From Octopus bimaculoides (taxonomy: Eukaryota), in the NCBI RefSeq assembly GCF_001194135.2, contig NC_068984.1:61015459-61079294 (forward strand): a stretch of 63,836 nt of DNA. The letters run 5' to 3'. The notes beneath the pieces are model-generated. The model was not told the origin of the DNA and did not search any database. It saw only the letters and a program-made list of their open reading frames with translations. Every line of letters starts with the position of its first letter. The first letter of the stretch is position 1. Both the position numbers and the translations under genes were made by a program. Below are positions 27,284 through 38,029 of the stretch, in pieces.

Positions 27284-29710
27284 TTTCTTTGAAAATATAT
27301 GTAAAATATATGGAAGTAAAAGTGAGATATGAGAAGAAAAAAACAGAATCTAATGAGGCAGAACAAGCTCATCAAATAAAACCTACTGTTCTATATTTTG
27401 ATTTGTTCATGGAAAGCTTAAAAATAAACTAAGGAAAAATAAACTTTGTTCTCACTTCATCTAATCTATACCACGTTTTGATCATTTGCTATTAATATTC
27501 TTTTTGGCCTAGTTAACAGACATACATATACACTTGCCTGTGCTTGCATATGTGTGTGCGCATGCATTCTTTTATCGATGAATCTTACTGTATGTGACAT
27601 AATAGCAATCGAAACATTAATATATAAGAGAGAATTCTGTGCACTTGAACAATTTAAAAAAATTTTTTGTCTTTCCTTTCTGATTTTAATTCTTTCCCTA
27701 AGTTATGGATTCAACTTCCATGATTGGCCTAAGGTTTTTAAGGTCAATAAAATTCAGCTGTTTTACTGATCATAGTTTACAGGTAGACATGATGTTAAAT
27801 GTGGATTTTAATTTTGCGCACAATATCTGATATGTTCGTGCTATGCTTTGTTCCATGAAATTGTAGTTGGCATGCGAAAGGTTTATCATGTAAAAAGAAT
27901 TATTCTATTGGCATCAACCGATGTATCGTGAACCACATTTTTCAGGAATGCAACACTTTAACACATTTGACCTTCATCACAATAATGGCAGTACATTTTG
28001 TCTCCAGCGAATATAAAATGGAAACAAATACAAAATAATTTCACTGGAGAATGACCAATTTTGAAATACTACCTTCATTTATTCTGTAATATACTTCAGC
28101 CCGTTTATTTCTGCGAGAAAAAAAATGTTCGTTTAACTACATGAAAAGATTTTACAAAATCAGAGCACACTGTGATGCAGAAGCAATTCAATACAATCTC
28201 TACACCTTAATCATCAGCACAGTAATGCTTTTTGTCAGCGATTCTGAATGAACTGTTGCTTGCAGACAGTGAAATATCTATTATACTATCAATGCTTTAA
28301 ATCATTATATTCTGCTACATATAATCTGATGAGATAACAGCTGAATGAAATTCCTTTGAAAATTACTTGTCAACTGATATCATGCAACGATATGACACGA
28401 TTCCATTATTCAAATGAGCAGTATTTTAGATATAGGTATATGGCCCGTAGCGGACGCTTAGAAGAAAGGAATTGATAATCAAGGAACAAAATCGTAATAT
28501 TATGTACATAAATGAACATAAAAAAACAATTGGCAAAATGTTTTCGAGAAAATAATGTCATAGATGTTGTTTTTGTCATCTTGCACAGACGAATAGGAAC
28601 CTACAGAACTAAAATAATAAAATAAATACAATTACTCGATAGTTGTATCGACATTCTGTCAAACTCAATTTAATATTTCCTTATTGTCTAAAGTGTGGTT
28701 GTAGTCAAGAATTTCTAAGTTTCGAGTTCAAATTCTGCCGAGAACAAATTTACTTTTCTCCACTCCGGCGCCATACTTTACAATACCAGCCAACTGTTTA
28801 GGTTGATTTAATCAAATATTGCTTGCCTTGAAATATGTGGCCTTGAAACACTGTCAAATATGAATATTACCAAATTGACTCTTGAATTGTAGTTGATGCC
28901 TCTTAATGAATTTTTCACAGATAGCTTACGATTGTTCTCTTTGCAACAAACAGAAAGACAGACAGACACACACACACACAAAAACACACACATACATATA
29001 CTTATATATCAATAATTGATTTATTGTGACTGGGTGCAATTTTAGTGAAGAGAAAATGGGAAACTGTCCCATGTATAAATTTTAGATGTAGAAAAGAGTG
29101 ATATTTTATTCTTGAGATCTCAACAAGTATATCTCCAACACGTGATGGGCAATAAGGAGATCAGTAAAAACAAATAATGTCATTATCTCTAGTTTCATAA
29201 TCTTTTAAGTGATCTGTTGCATCTGTTTCGATAGGTAATATTATAGTATACTTGATATTTCATCAGAAGAGTTTTACTGCCCTCCCTATAAAACAATAAT
29301 ACGCATGGGATGCTTACGTTACAAACTGACTGACATAAATGCCATCTGGGTAACTTGCCTATCATAGAGTTCATTGTGTCTTACTAAACCTCTTCGACTG
29401 GAAGCTTATATCAGTGTCTGTCGACGAGAATCAATGTCTTTGATTTACATCCTGGTAACATTAGAGGAGTTATCTATCGAATTTTGACTGTAAACTCTGA
29501 TCCAAATGATGGACTTTCCTGTTGTTAATCGTACTTCAAACAGATGTCATATTTAATAGAGATGATATCACCCTTTGTATATAGCTATAATCAAGCGTTA
29601 TACGTTAAAATAAGGAAAAAGAAAATAAAAACATTTCTATAAAATATAATTTCAAAATTTTACCGAAAGGAAAATATATAAAATTAATTAGAATAAAAAT
29701 TAATATATAC

Positions 29711-29745
<35 letters not shown>

Positions 29746-31529
29746 CGAACACACGTATATACATACACATACACATATATGAACACGTACATACATACAC
29801 ATACACATATATGAACACGTATATACATACGCATACACATATTTATGTGTATACATATGTACAGATGGACGGATAGGTATACACATACATATACGCATGT
29901 GTGTGTGTGTGTATATATGTATTTGACAAATTCATTCGAAATCAACTAATTATTTTTAGATTGAGCATGTTTGAAGTTAGGCGAATCTTTTTGTTCCGAC
30001 TAATTTGTATATTATTTTTAATTTTATACCAAGAGATAAGAACTAGATTAGTTAAATATATTGATCAACAAAAGTTTAAGCTGAAGTTAATTATATCAAT
30101 TTATATTAAATCAAATTAAGACTTCTCAATTAGAGGATAAAAAGAATATCGTTTTTGCGAAAATGTTAATAATTTTACTTTGAAGGTCATAATTATGGAA
30201 AACAAATTTTGTAAATTTGAAAATTTTGGCAAAGTTTCATGTTAGCGAAACATACCCTAGTTAGGAAAAATCAATATAAGATACAAATATAGCATTTCCT
30301 GTAAAAATCAATGTTATAGCAGGAAGAAATTATTCTACAATCATAACGTTCATAAATTCGCTTCATATTGTGTATATATTTTCTTAATAGCATTTTAGGT
30401 TGTGTTAAACCTAAAGTATATATTTGTGTTTTCTATTTTTATTTAATAGCCCTTTTATACGATTGTTGTATCTGTATTGCTTAATGATATGAGAATTTAA
30501 CGATCATTTAATTAACCCTCAGACTTCTGTTTCAAGTAAGTTTTCAAAATTGTATATATTTTGCGTCATTTGTAAGCCATTTTGTCAGCAAATCATATTT
30601 ACCTTGTTTTGTTTGACTTAAAAAACTAAGCAATGAAAAACAACTGGTCTATTATAACTTGCTCTTGAATTTAGCTAACATTTTGAAGGATAATTATATA
30701 ATAATTACTCTGTCCAGTATGCCACATAATTGTCGATATAAGGCTATACAAAAATAGAATAAAATCAGTTACAAAAATTAAATCGAAATACATTCCCTTA
30801 TATAGACACACAAGATTTCTTTCATATGACACTGATGGAGTCATTATTCCTTTCGAAGATGAGCTTTATCTGATCAATTAACTGCATTGCCTACTTATTA
30901 AATTAATGTGTGAGTGATATTCCAGTAATATGTGTGTGTCTTTAATGTAATTTTTAAACTGTCATCGAGATATTATTTCCGAAGAAGCTAGCCCTTGAAA
31001 ATACAAGTACAATCCAACTAATTGTTACCGCCAACCTACTTTTATTCACAAACTCTGGATCGACTCAACACTGTAAGAAAAAAAAAAAAGAAAAAGAAAA
31101 CACTTGCAGAAAATACTACTCATAACATCGATCTACAAACTTTGTAAACACTTAGGCATGCTTGCATCTGTCGTATATTGGATGATTAGTGCAACATTAC
31201 ATAAAAATAGCTGTAACAAATACAACATAGAAAACATATATTCATATATTTGAAGACGGAAAAGAATAATTTGATATGTCTGCTACTTCATATAGGGCAA
31301 GCAACTGCATAGATGCTTCTTCATTACCTCGAGGGATTCCAGATTCTGCTTGGAAAAGGATAATGGAAAACTTCTTTAATATGTACCCAATCTTCATCCG
31401 AAAGGATTAACCTTTTCGGTCAGCCATACAATTATTGTCCTTTAGGCCTAAATTAGACCTGATCGCGCAGAATAAAAGAAATCATCCCAATCGTGGTTCG
31501 AATGCTTTTTTTTTTAATCAAAAGCATTC

Positions 31530-31895
31530 CAACCATTGAGTTATGTCCATGCTGTGGAACCTCCTTGAATGCTTTAGTCAAATAAATTGGTCTCTACTTA
31601 TTGAAATTAGTACTTATTTTATCGGAACTCTTTTGTCGAACCGCTAGTTTTCAAGTGACAGGAACATAAACAAACCAACATCGGTTGTAAAGTGGTAGTG
31701 AGGACAAACACAAACACACGCACACCTACGCATATATACGACGGGCTATTTTCCGTTTCTATCTACTAATTAAACTCACAAGGCTTTGGTGGGCCTGGGG
31801 CTATAGCAGAAGAACCTTGCCTAAAGGGCCACGCAGGGAAGCGGAAATCCGAACAATGTAGTTCAGAAGCAAACTTCTAAACACACAACCACACT
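31530..31895 (-). mobile_element. tRNA-derived SINE, family B, near full length
   Basis: Minus strand: gtgtggttgtgtgtttagaagtttgcttc...ctatagccccaggcccaccaaagccttgtgag...cccgtcgtatatatg...gcggttcgacaaaagagttccgataaaataagtac. The same architecture is seen at 45.6-46.3 and 49.9-50.2 kb. Confidence 0.8.
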
Positions 31896-31914
31896 TACAC
31901 CCTAAGAAAGGGCG

Positions 31915-32012
31915 GCCGTCCTCGCAGGAATTGGAACTCAGAATATAAATCTGGAAAAAGCACTACTAAGCACTTTGTCCCTCGTGCTAAAGATTTTGCC
32001 CGTTCGTCGCCC
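31915..32012 (-). mobile_element. SINE family A, head fragment
   Basis: ggaattggaactcagaa...ctaagcactttgtcc...gctaaagattttgcc. Confidence 0.6.
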
Positions 32013-32551
32013 TATCCTAGTCTATTATTTCAGTTAACATAATCTAATGCAGACTTTAAAGACAGCATATTATGGTTTCAGGGAAACGTAGCTGCTGTTT
32101 TTAAAAGCGAACACAAAGAGGCTTTCCTTCACCTCACTGATTTGGTGCACATACAATGTTTTATCTCAGATAAACTTAATTTAGCAACATCATTTTTGTG
32201 GCACTCATCAGGAGCCGATTACAAGTGATTCCTTGATGTCTTGTGTGAAATTGTTGACTTCACATTAAGACCATCATAAACCTATTACAAGTGTGGGTAA
32301 AGGAAAGAGCTTTCAGTTTGATGTTTAAAAAGAAAACGTGTTAGAGAGCTTGTACGCAAGAGAATGCGTCTATATGTGCGAGAGAGAGAGAGAGAGAGAG
32401 AGAGAGTGAGATAGTGAGGGAAAGAGAAAGAGAGGGAGAGAGCGAAAGAGAGAGTGAGAGAGAAAGGGAGAGAAAGGGTGTGACAGATACAGTGAGAGAT
32501 AAATGTCTGCATAGAATAGCGTGCGTTAAAAATCTTTACACAAAAAATAAT

Positions 32552-32605
<54 letters not shown>

Positions 32606-32628
32606 CAATGCTACTGCTGCTGCTGCTG

Positions 32629-32686
<58 letters not shown>

Positions 32687-32688
32687 CT
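32552..32688. repeat. (CTA)n/(CTG)n trinucleotide tract
   Basis: Directly visible in the sequence. Confidence 0.95.
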
Positions 32689-32977
32689 TTATCACTATAC
32701 TATACTTACAGATATATGCGCATAGACTCTAGGTAAACTTTCTAATTGCAAGAGAGATCTTTCAACAAATCTCAGCAGCATTTTAGAAAAGGACACATTA
32801 GCTAATATAAACCCAGGTAAAAATCCGTATAGGCTCGTCTGGAAGGTTTATGATCATATTTTGTTTGCTGGATCGAGGTTGGTGTGGGGTTAAACAAAGG
32901 CAACAACGACAGCATCATTATGATCTCCAACAACACTTATTTGATTTTATTTCTGTTTTTGTTTTAAAATATTTTAG

Positions 32978-33099
32978 GTGTGAATGGTCGCTGGAAGTAC
33001 GAGCGAATGACCAAAAGTGGTAATGAATGTCTTATGTATTCGCGTACAAATACAACAGTGATATATTGTGCGTGTCATCTTTCAGAGGCTGATAATAAT
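32978..33099 (+). CDS. Candidate internal exon of an unidentified gene (122 nt, phase 1/0)
   Basis: Long pyrimidine tract ending attttAG and donor GTAAGC. Peptide (G)VNGRWKYERMTKSGNECLMYSRTNTTVIYCACHLSEADNN. Confidence 0.3.
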
Positions 33100-33119
33100 G
33101 TAAGCTCCAGTCAAATACC

Positions 33120-33399
33120 GGGACGCTTAAGTCAGTGCGCTGTCTCCGTATTCTGCTAAAAGCCTCCGACCAGAGAACTGGGGTCACTGCTCTTTGTTCT
33201 TCATTAGTGCACATTGCTTGTGAAACAGCCATTCTTACACTGTAAAGCCAGAAAAGAAAAAAAAACGGTTCGATCAGGCTCAAACTTTGATCAAGTGACA
33301 ACAGTAGTACCAACTATAAGTACGCATGCGCAGAAGGCAGTTTGACAATAATAAATATATGTTATAGCAAAAATGCGAATAATTTTTGACTTACCCTCG
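33120..33399 (-). mobile_element. Mariner transposon 5' end (TIR plus transposase N-terminus), internally deleted
   Basis: Minus-strand TIR CGAGGGTAAGTCAAAAATTATTCGC at 33399-33375. ATG at 33232 gives MAVSQAMCTNEEQRAVTPVLWSE and, after a frame change, RLLAEYGDSALT. This matches the mariner pattern CTKEEQRSVIRFLWSEG...RMLAQYGDSAL. Confidence 0.8.
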
Positions 33400-33480
33400 G
33401 ACATCAGTATAAAAACTTAGTATGTCTTCTTTTTGTTTCAGACTAAATCAATTCAGATTTATAAATTGTATATTCAATAT

Positions 33481-33670
33481 AGATCGAAACAAATCATAAC
33501 CCTCCACAAAGAGGCGAAAGTAATAGAGCTATAGCAAAAAAGTTTAAAATTAACCGAACCACAGGCTGGAAAATTGTCAAGAAATTTCAAGAGCCTGGTT
33601 CCATCGCTGATCGACCTGAACGTAACAGAAAAAGGAGTATGCGAACCTTTAGGAGTACCAGAGAAACGAT
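33481..33670 (+). mobile_element. Tc1/mariner-superfamily transposase N-terminal HTH remnant
   Basis: IITLHK / GESNRAIAKKFKINRTTGWKIVKKFQEPGSIADRPERNRKRSMRT, with one frameshift. A possible 3' terminal remnant of the same element lies at about 34570-34645. Confidence 0.65.
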
Positions 33671-33779
33671 ACTGGTCGTATGAATATAGCTAAGATCATA
33701 CAATACCTCGTACATATATTTAGGTGCGAGGTATGAGTTTGTGTTGCCTTACAACTGCATTTGTATTTGTAGGGACAGA

Positions 33780-33829
33780 TAGAAAAACAGTGAGATAGAT
33801 AGACAAATAAATAGATAGATAGATAGATG

Positions 33830-33871
<42 letters not shown>

Positions 33872-34035
33872 CAGACAGACAAACACACAGAGAGATTGGT
33901 AGAAAAATAAATAGATTGATAGCTAGACAAACTGACAGACGGTCTGATAGACAAATAAAATAAATAGATAGATAGATAGATAGATAGATGGATAGATAGA
34001 TAGATAAATAGATAAATAAATAGATAGATAGATAA

Positions 34036-34088
<53 letters not shown>

Positions 34089-34250
34089 CAGACAGACAAA
34101 CACACAGAGAGATTGGTAGAAAAATAGATAGATTGATAGCTAGACAAACTGACAGACGGTCTGATAGAAAAATAAAATAGATAGATAGATAAACAGACAG
34201 GTAGACAGATAGATAAAAAAATAGATAGCTAGCTAGATAGACTAACAGAC
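33780..34250. repeat. (GATA)n tract containing a duplicated ~90-bp non-repetitive core
   Basis: agacagacagacaaacacacagagagattggtagaaaaata...cagacggtctgataga occurs at about 33869 and 34087 and the two copies are nearly identical. Confidence 0.9.
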
Positions 34251-34693
34251 AAAAACATTAAAAAAAATTGATAGATTTTTAATTTTAAAGTATTAATTCC
34301 TCTTTACCTTTGATTCATAATTATTCAAATTAAATTTTATTTGGCTTTGTTATATCTCATTCTTTTTTTTTCTTTTCTTTTAGATTTTACGTTTTATTTC
34401 ATTTCAGAAAGAAGACATTTCACTATCGTAATTTACTTTTCCAATTTGGAACCTGCAGAGATATTTAAATTGCATCTGTCCAAATAATCCTAAGTCCATC
34501 TTTCCAGCAAACTTCTGAGACTCAAGTAAGAAAATGCAAATCAGGTTAAAAGAGAAAAACCGATTGAAATCCTTTTAAAAATTAAAATTTCAATCACTGT
34601 TCATGTGACGCCAAAGTAAAATTTTTGAAACATTTTGACAGGCATCAAAAATTGCATCAATTTAGAAAAATCCGATCTTCGGTTGCTGAAGCC

Positions 34694-34755
<62 letters not shown>

Positions 34756-34757
<2 letters not shown>

Positions 34758-34916
34758 AGCATTGTTGGGTACAGCTCGCATTATCAGGAGAGTATTGGCT
34801 CTTTGAATCACAGGAGAAGACACTACTTGGAAACTTTGGTGATTTGTTATTGCCTGCTTTCAAGTAAAGAATAACCGGTAATTAAGAACTATCCGAGAGT
34901 CTTTCAGAGCAACAAC
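34756..34916 (+). mobile_element. Extreme 3' end of an R4/Dong-type LINE between two (AAT)n tracts
   Basis: Immediately after (AAT)n: TALLGTARIIRRVLAL* (ORF C-terminus), then a short UTR and an (AAT)n tail at about 34920. Confidence 0.8.
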
Positions 34917-34953
34917 GACAATAATAATAAGTATCATCATCATTATTATTATT

Positions 34954-35485
34954 GAATGAGAGAGCAGTGCAAGCCATCAAAGTGACACTAGGCTAAAATA
35001 TACAAATACGACTACCTGTCTGATAAGGGTACACCAGGCACATGCATCGCAACCATGTGTGCGCGACATGGCGATCTCATATCAAGATAAACGGCGTATG
35101 ACCTCGGAGGTGGGGCCCAGTTAGAGTTTTCTTCAGGTCAAGTAGCCCATCACGCTCAAAAGATCCCTGAATAAGGGCTGCGGATGTTGAAGCAAAAACC
35201 CCTGTTTCCAAAGGCGAATTATCCAAACTCCAAAGAAGTCTTCTCAACACATGGCTATGATACTCCACTACAACTTCTGCTCGTGATCAGAGATGCACAT
35301 ATTGTCAGCCACCAAGGCACATACTCAACCGATTAAGGTCAAATAACTGACAAGCAAATCTGTGGTATTGAGCAGAATATTTGTTGTAGCCCATGTTTTA
35401 TACTAAGAAAAAGTGTACATAACACTTCCAATCAGTTAAGATCAAAAGCCTTGAGAGCCACTGCCTGGTACTTCATCAAGGCATT
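34954..35485 (-). mobile_element. ~530-bp non-coding retroposed element flanked by (AAT)n, copy 1
   Basis: Aligns end to end with 37458-37950. On the minus strand it starts after (AAT)n and ends ...tctctcattc(AAT)n. Confidence 0.8.
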
Positions 35486-35533
35486 ACTATTATTATTATT
35501 ATCAATAATAATAACAACAACAACAACAACAAC

Positions 35534-35599
<66 letters not shown>

Positions 35600-35710
35600 C
35601 AATACAGTAAACATAAGAGTACCACAGCAAACCACAGCACATACCCAAGGCTCACAGAGCTGCGCTCGGTAGTGAAGTGAAAGCACGTTATAAAAATAAA
35701 ACTACTGAAC
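35600..35710 (+). mobile_element. ~110-bp LINE 3' UTR fragment between two (AAT)n tracts, copy 1
   Basis: Nearly identical to the reverse complement of 63116-63232. Ends gtgaagtgaaagcacgttataaaaataaaactactgaac(AAT)n. Confidence 0.8.
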
Positions 35711-35778
<68 letters not shown>

Positions 35779-35853
35779 TACCCCTCTCCGAGAGGACACC
35801 TCGCAAAGAAACGAATAAGGGACAATAATCAATGCACATTAACAAATTGTCCC

Positions 35854-36165
35854 ATGCGTGACACAGATTTATGCAAACGGGTAAATGTTGTGTATAAAAT
35901 ACAATATAACAAATGCAACAAGTTCTATGTGGGTAGCACAACAAGACCGTTACACGTCCGCATCAACAAACACCTGAACACGAGAGCTTCCTCTTTCAGA
36001 AAACATCTAGACAGATGCCGGAACACTGACAAAAGCATAACAGTCACAATTGAGGCCAATGAAAGAAATTTGGGTAATTTAAGAATTAAGGAAGCTTTAC
36101 TCATACACAGACTAGGACCCCAAATTAACAACAGGCTGGAGGTTGGTAATCAATATATTATGTAG
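35854..36165 (+). pseudogene. GIY-YIG endonuclease domain (Penelope-like), open frame but truncated element
   Basis: NVVYKIQYNKCNKFYVGSTTRPLHVRINKHL...LRIKEALLIHRLGPQINNR. Confidence 0.9.
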
Positions 36166-36454
36166 CTACATCTGGATGTGTGTAGGTTCATTCTTAATAA
36201 CATGCTCATGTATTGTTTATAATACAAAAAAAGAAGAAGGGCAAAAGAAATTAATAAGAGAAGCTGCACGTATAACACATAACATAGAAGCAGCGCTACA
36301 GATGTACCAACACACACGAGATTGAAACATAACCGACCTCACACACTTCTCATGAGGAATTCCGGAAGAAGCTTCGTGAGACCACTACTGAAACGCTTCC
36401 GAAAAAAAAGAAAACCGTTGGAAAACAGTTTATAGCAGAGACTCCATCTAAGAA

Positions 36455-36490
36455 TATCTGAAGAAGGAATTGTAATTCCTAAATATTATC
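36455..36490 (+). ncRNA. Degenerate hammerhead-like motif in the Penelope 3' region
   Basis: CTGAAGA-A-GGAAT-tgta-ATTCC-[T]AAA: perfect 5-bp stem II, but G>T in GAAA and weak stems I and III. Confidence 0.45.
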
Positions 36491-36581
36491 GGACTATAGA
36501 TAAGCAAATTACAACAGGTATATAGTCCATTTTTTGTATTATAGTGCATTGTTGTACAATTTTTTATTCTTTAATAATAAT

Positions 36582-37010
36582 ATTTTCATTTCACTTCCCA
36601 GAACTCTTGATTTCTGTTGATCCGGCTAATTCTGTAAAAGCGGACAACAAATAGTTGTCAATGGTCACATGGCGTCTCTTTTCACAATAAAACAATTTTC
36701 TGAGCGTGAAATATACTCACATGCCAACAAATGTCTTAAAACTGAGTTTTAATGCTCCCAGTGCTCCTACAGCTACTGTGATATTATTTACTCTCTTCAT
36801 CGCACACTTTCGTGCAATTTCTTCTTTTAGTAGCTTGTACTTTTCCATCTTTTCCAGTTCTTTGTCATCCACTCGTGCATCCCCAGGCATGGTAATTGCT
36901 TTGACCTTCATTTCCTTCTTCCATTCATTCACTACAATATCTGGTCTCCGAGCATCATTTACTGAATCATACTGGATTGTAAAATCCCGTAAGATCTTAT
37001 GCTCATTATT
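36582..37010 (-). mobile_element. R4/Dong-type LINE, RLE domain and 3' UTR
   Basis: KILRDFTIQYDSVNDARRPDIVVNEWKKEMKVKAITMPGDARVDDKELEKMEKYKLLKEEIARK...VAVGALGA: the PD...D...K-x2-KY RLE signature. Confidence 0.9.
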
Positions 37011-37122
37011 TCAGTTGTTATTCTTGTATTGTTCTGTTTCACGTCTTCTCCGATCTTAATCTCTTCAAACTATTAAACTATTCACCATCTATCTTTCTTA
37101 TAGTTCTTTCCCTCTCACTAAG

Positions 37123-37457
37123 ACTTCTTCTTCTTCTTCTTCATTCTTCTTCTTCTTCTTCTTCTTCTTCATTCTTCTTCTTCTTCTTCTTCTTCTTCTT
37201 CTTCTTCTTGTTCTTCTTCTTCTTCTTCCTCCTCCTCCTTATCATCATCATCATCACCATCCTCCTGCTCCTGCTCCTGCTGCTCCTGCTCCTGCTGCTC
37301 CTGCTCCTGCTGCTCCTGCTGCNNNNNNNNNNNNNNNNNNNNNNNNNNNNNNNNNNNNNNNNNNTCATCATCATCATCATCGCCATCATCACCATCATCA
37401 TCATCATCATCATCGCCATCATCACCATCACCATCATCATCATCATCATCATCATCA
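37123..37457. repeat. Compound trinucleotide tract (CTT)n-(CCT)n-(CAT)n-(CTG/CTC)n-gap-(CAT)n
   Basis: Directly visible; gap at 37323-37364. Confidence 0.9.
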
Positions 37458-37950
37458 TTGTTTGAGAGTGAAAGATCAGCACATGCCATCAAAGTGAGAC
37501 TGGGATGTCAATATACAACGCCAAATATTCCTACCATGACTACCCGTCTGATAAAGGTGCCACAGGCACATGCATGCCAACCTTATGTGCGTGACATGGT
37601 GATCTCATATCAAGATAAACAGCATAGGTTGGGCCCAGCTGGAATTTTCTTCAAAAGTCCCTGAACAAGGGTTGTTTAGAAATGTTTCTAGAGGTGAATT
37701 ATTCAAACCCCAAAGAATTCCTCTCAACACATGGCTATGATACTTCCCACTCATTTCTGTTCGTGGTCAGAAATACACTTATTGTCAGCCACCAAGGGAC
37801 ATGTTCAACTGGTTATGATCAAACAACTCACAAGCAAATTTGTGATAATGAGCAGAATATTTGCGGTAGACCAACCTTTACACCAAGAAAAAAAGATGTA
37901 AACGATAACACTTCCATGAGAGTATCTGCTTGGTATTGTATCAGGTCATC
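37458..37950 (-). mobile_element. ~500-bp non-coding retroposed element, copy 2
   Basis: Diverged end-to-end match to 34954-35485 (catgccatcaaagtg, tctcatatcaagataaac, ctcaacacatggctatgatac, ttgagcagaatatttg). Confidence 0.8.
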
Positions 37951-38029
37951 TGCTATATTTAAGCTTATTCACCGGCAGCCATCGAAGCAATTGAGAAACA
38001 TATTGAATATGATGTTTTTATTGCATTTC

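Larger units (their letters stand above)
35778..36540 (+). mobile_element. 5'-truncated Penelope-like element starting at an (AAT)n tract
   Basis: Uninterrupted GIY-YIG ORF followed by a 3' region containing hammerhead-like cores. Confidence 0.85.

Noticed and set aside
29400-29525. DLHPGNI motif resembling an ABC1/atypical kinase catalytic loop
   Set aside because: Isolated in a 46-codon frame with no other kinase motifs.
31250-31370. Minus-strand frame ESGIPRGNEEASMQLLALYEVADIS after a strong acceptor
   Set aside because: No convincing in-frame donor and no homology recognised; left uncalled.
33032-33313. 93-aa minus-strand ORF as a novel gene, and the NRF1-like TACGCATGCGCA at 33321 as a host promoter
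   Set aside because: Both lie within the mariner 5' remnant (TIR, leader, N-terminus).
37141-37492. Acidic D/QE/E-rich ORF resembling a biomineralisation or chaperone protein
   Set aside because: Made entirely of compound trinucleotide repeats across an N-gap, wedged between TE copies, with no splice or start context.
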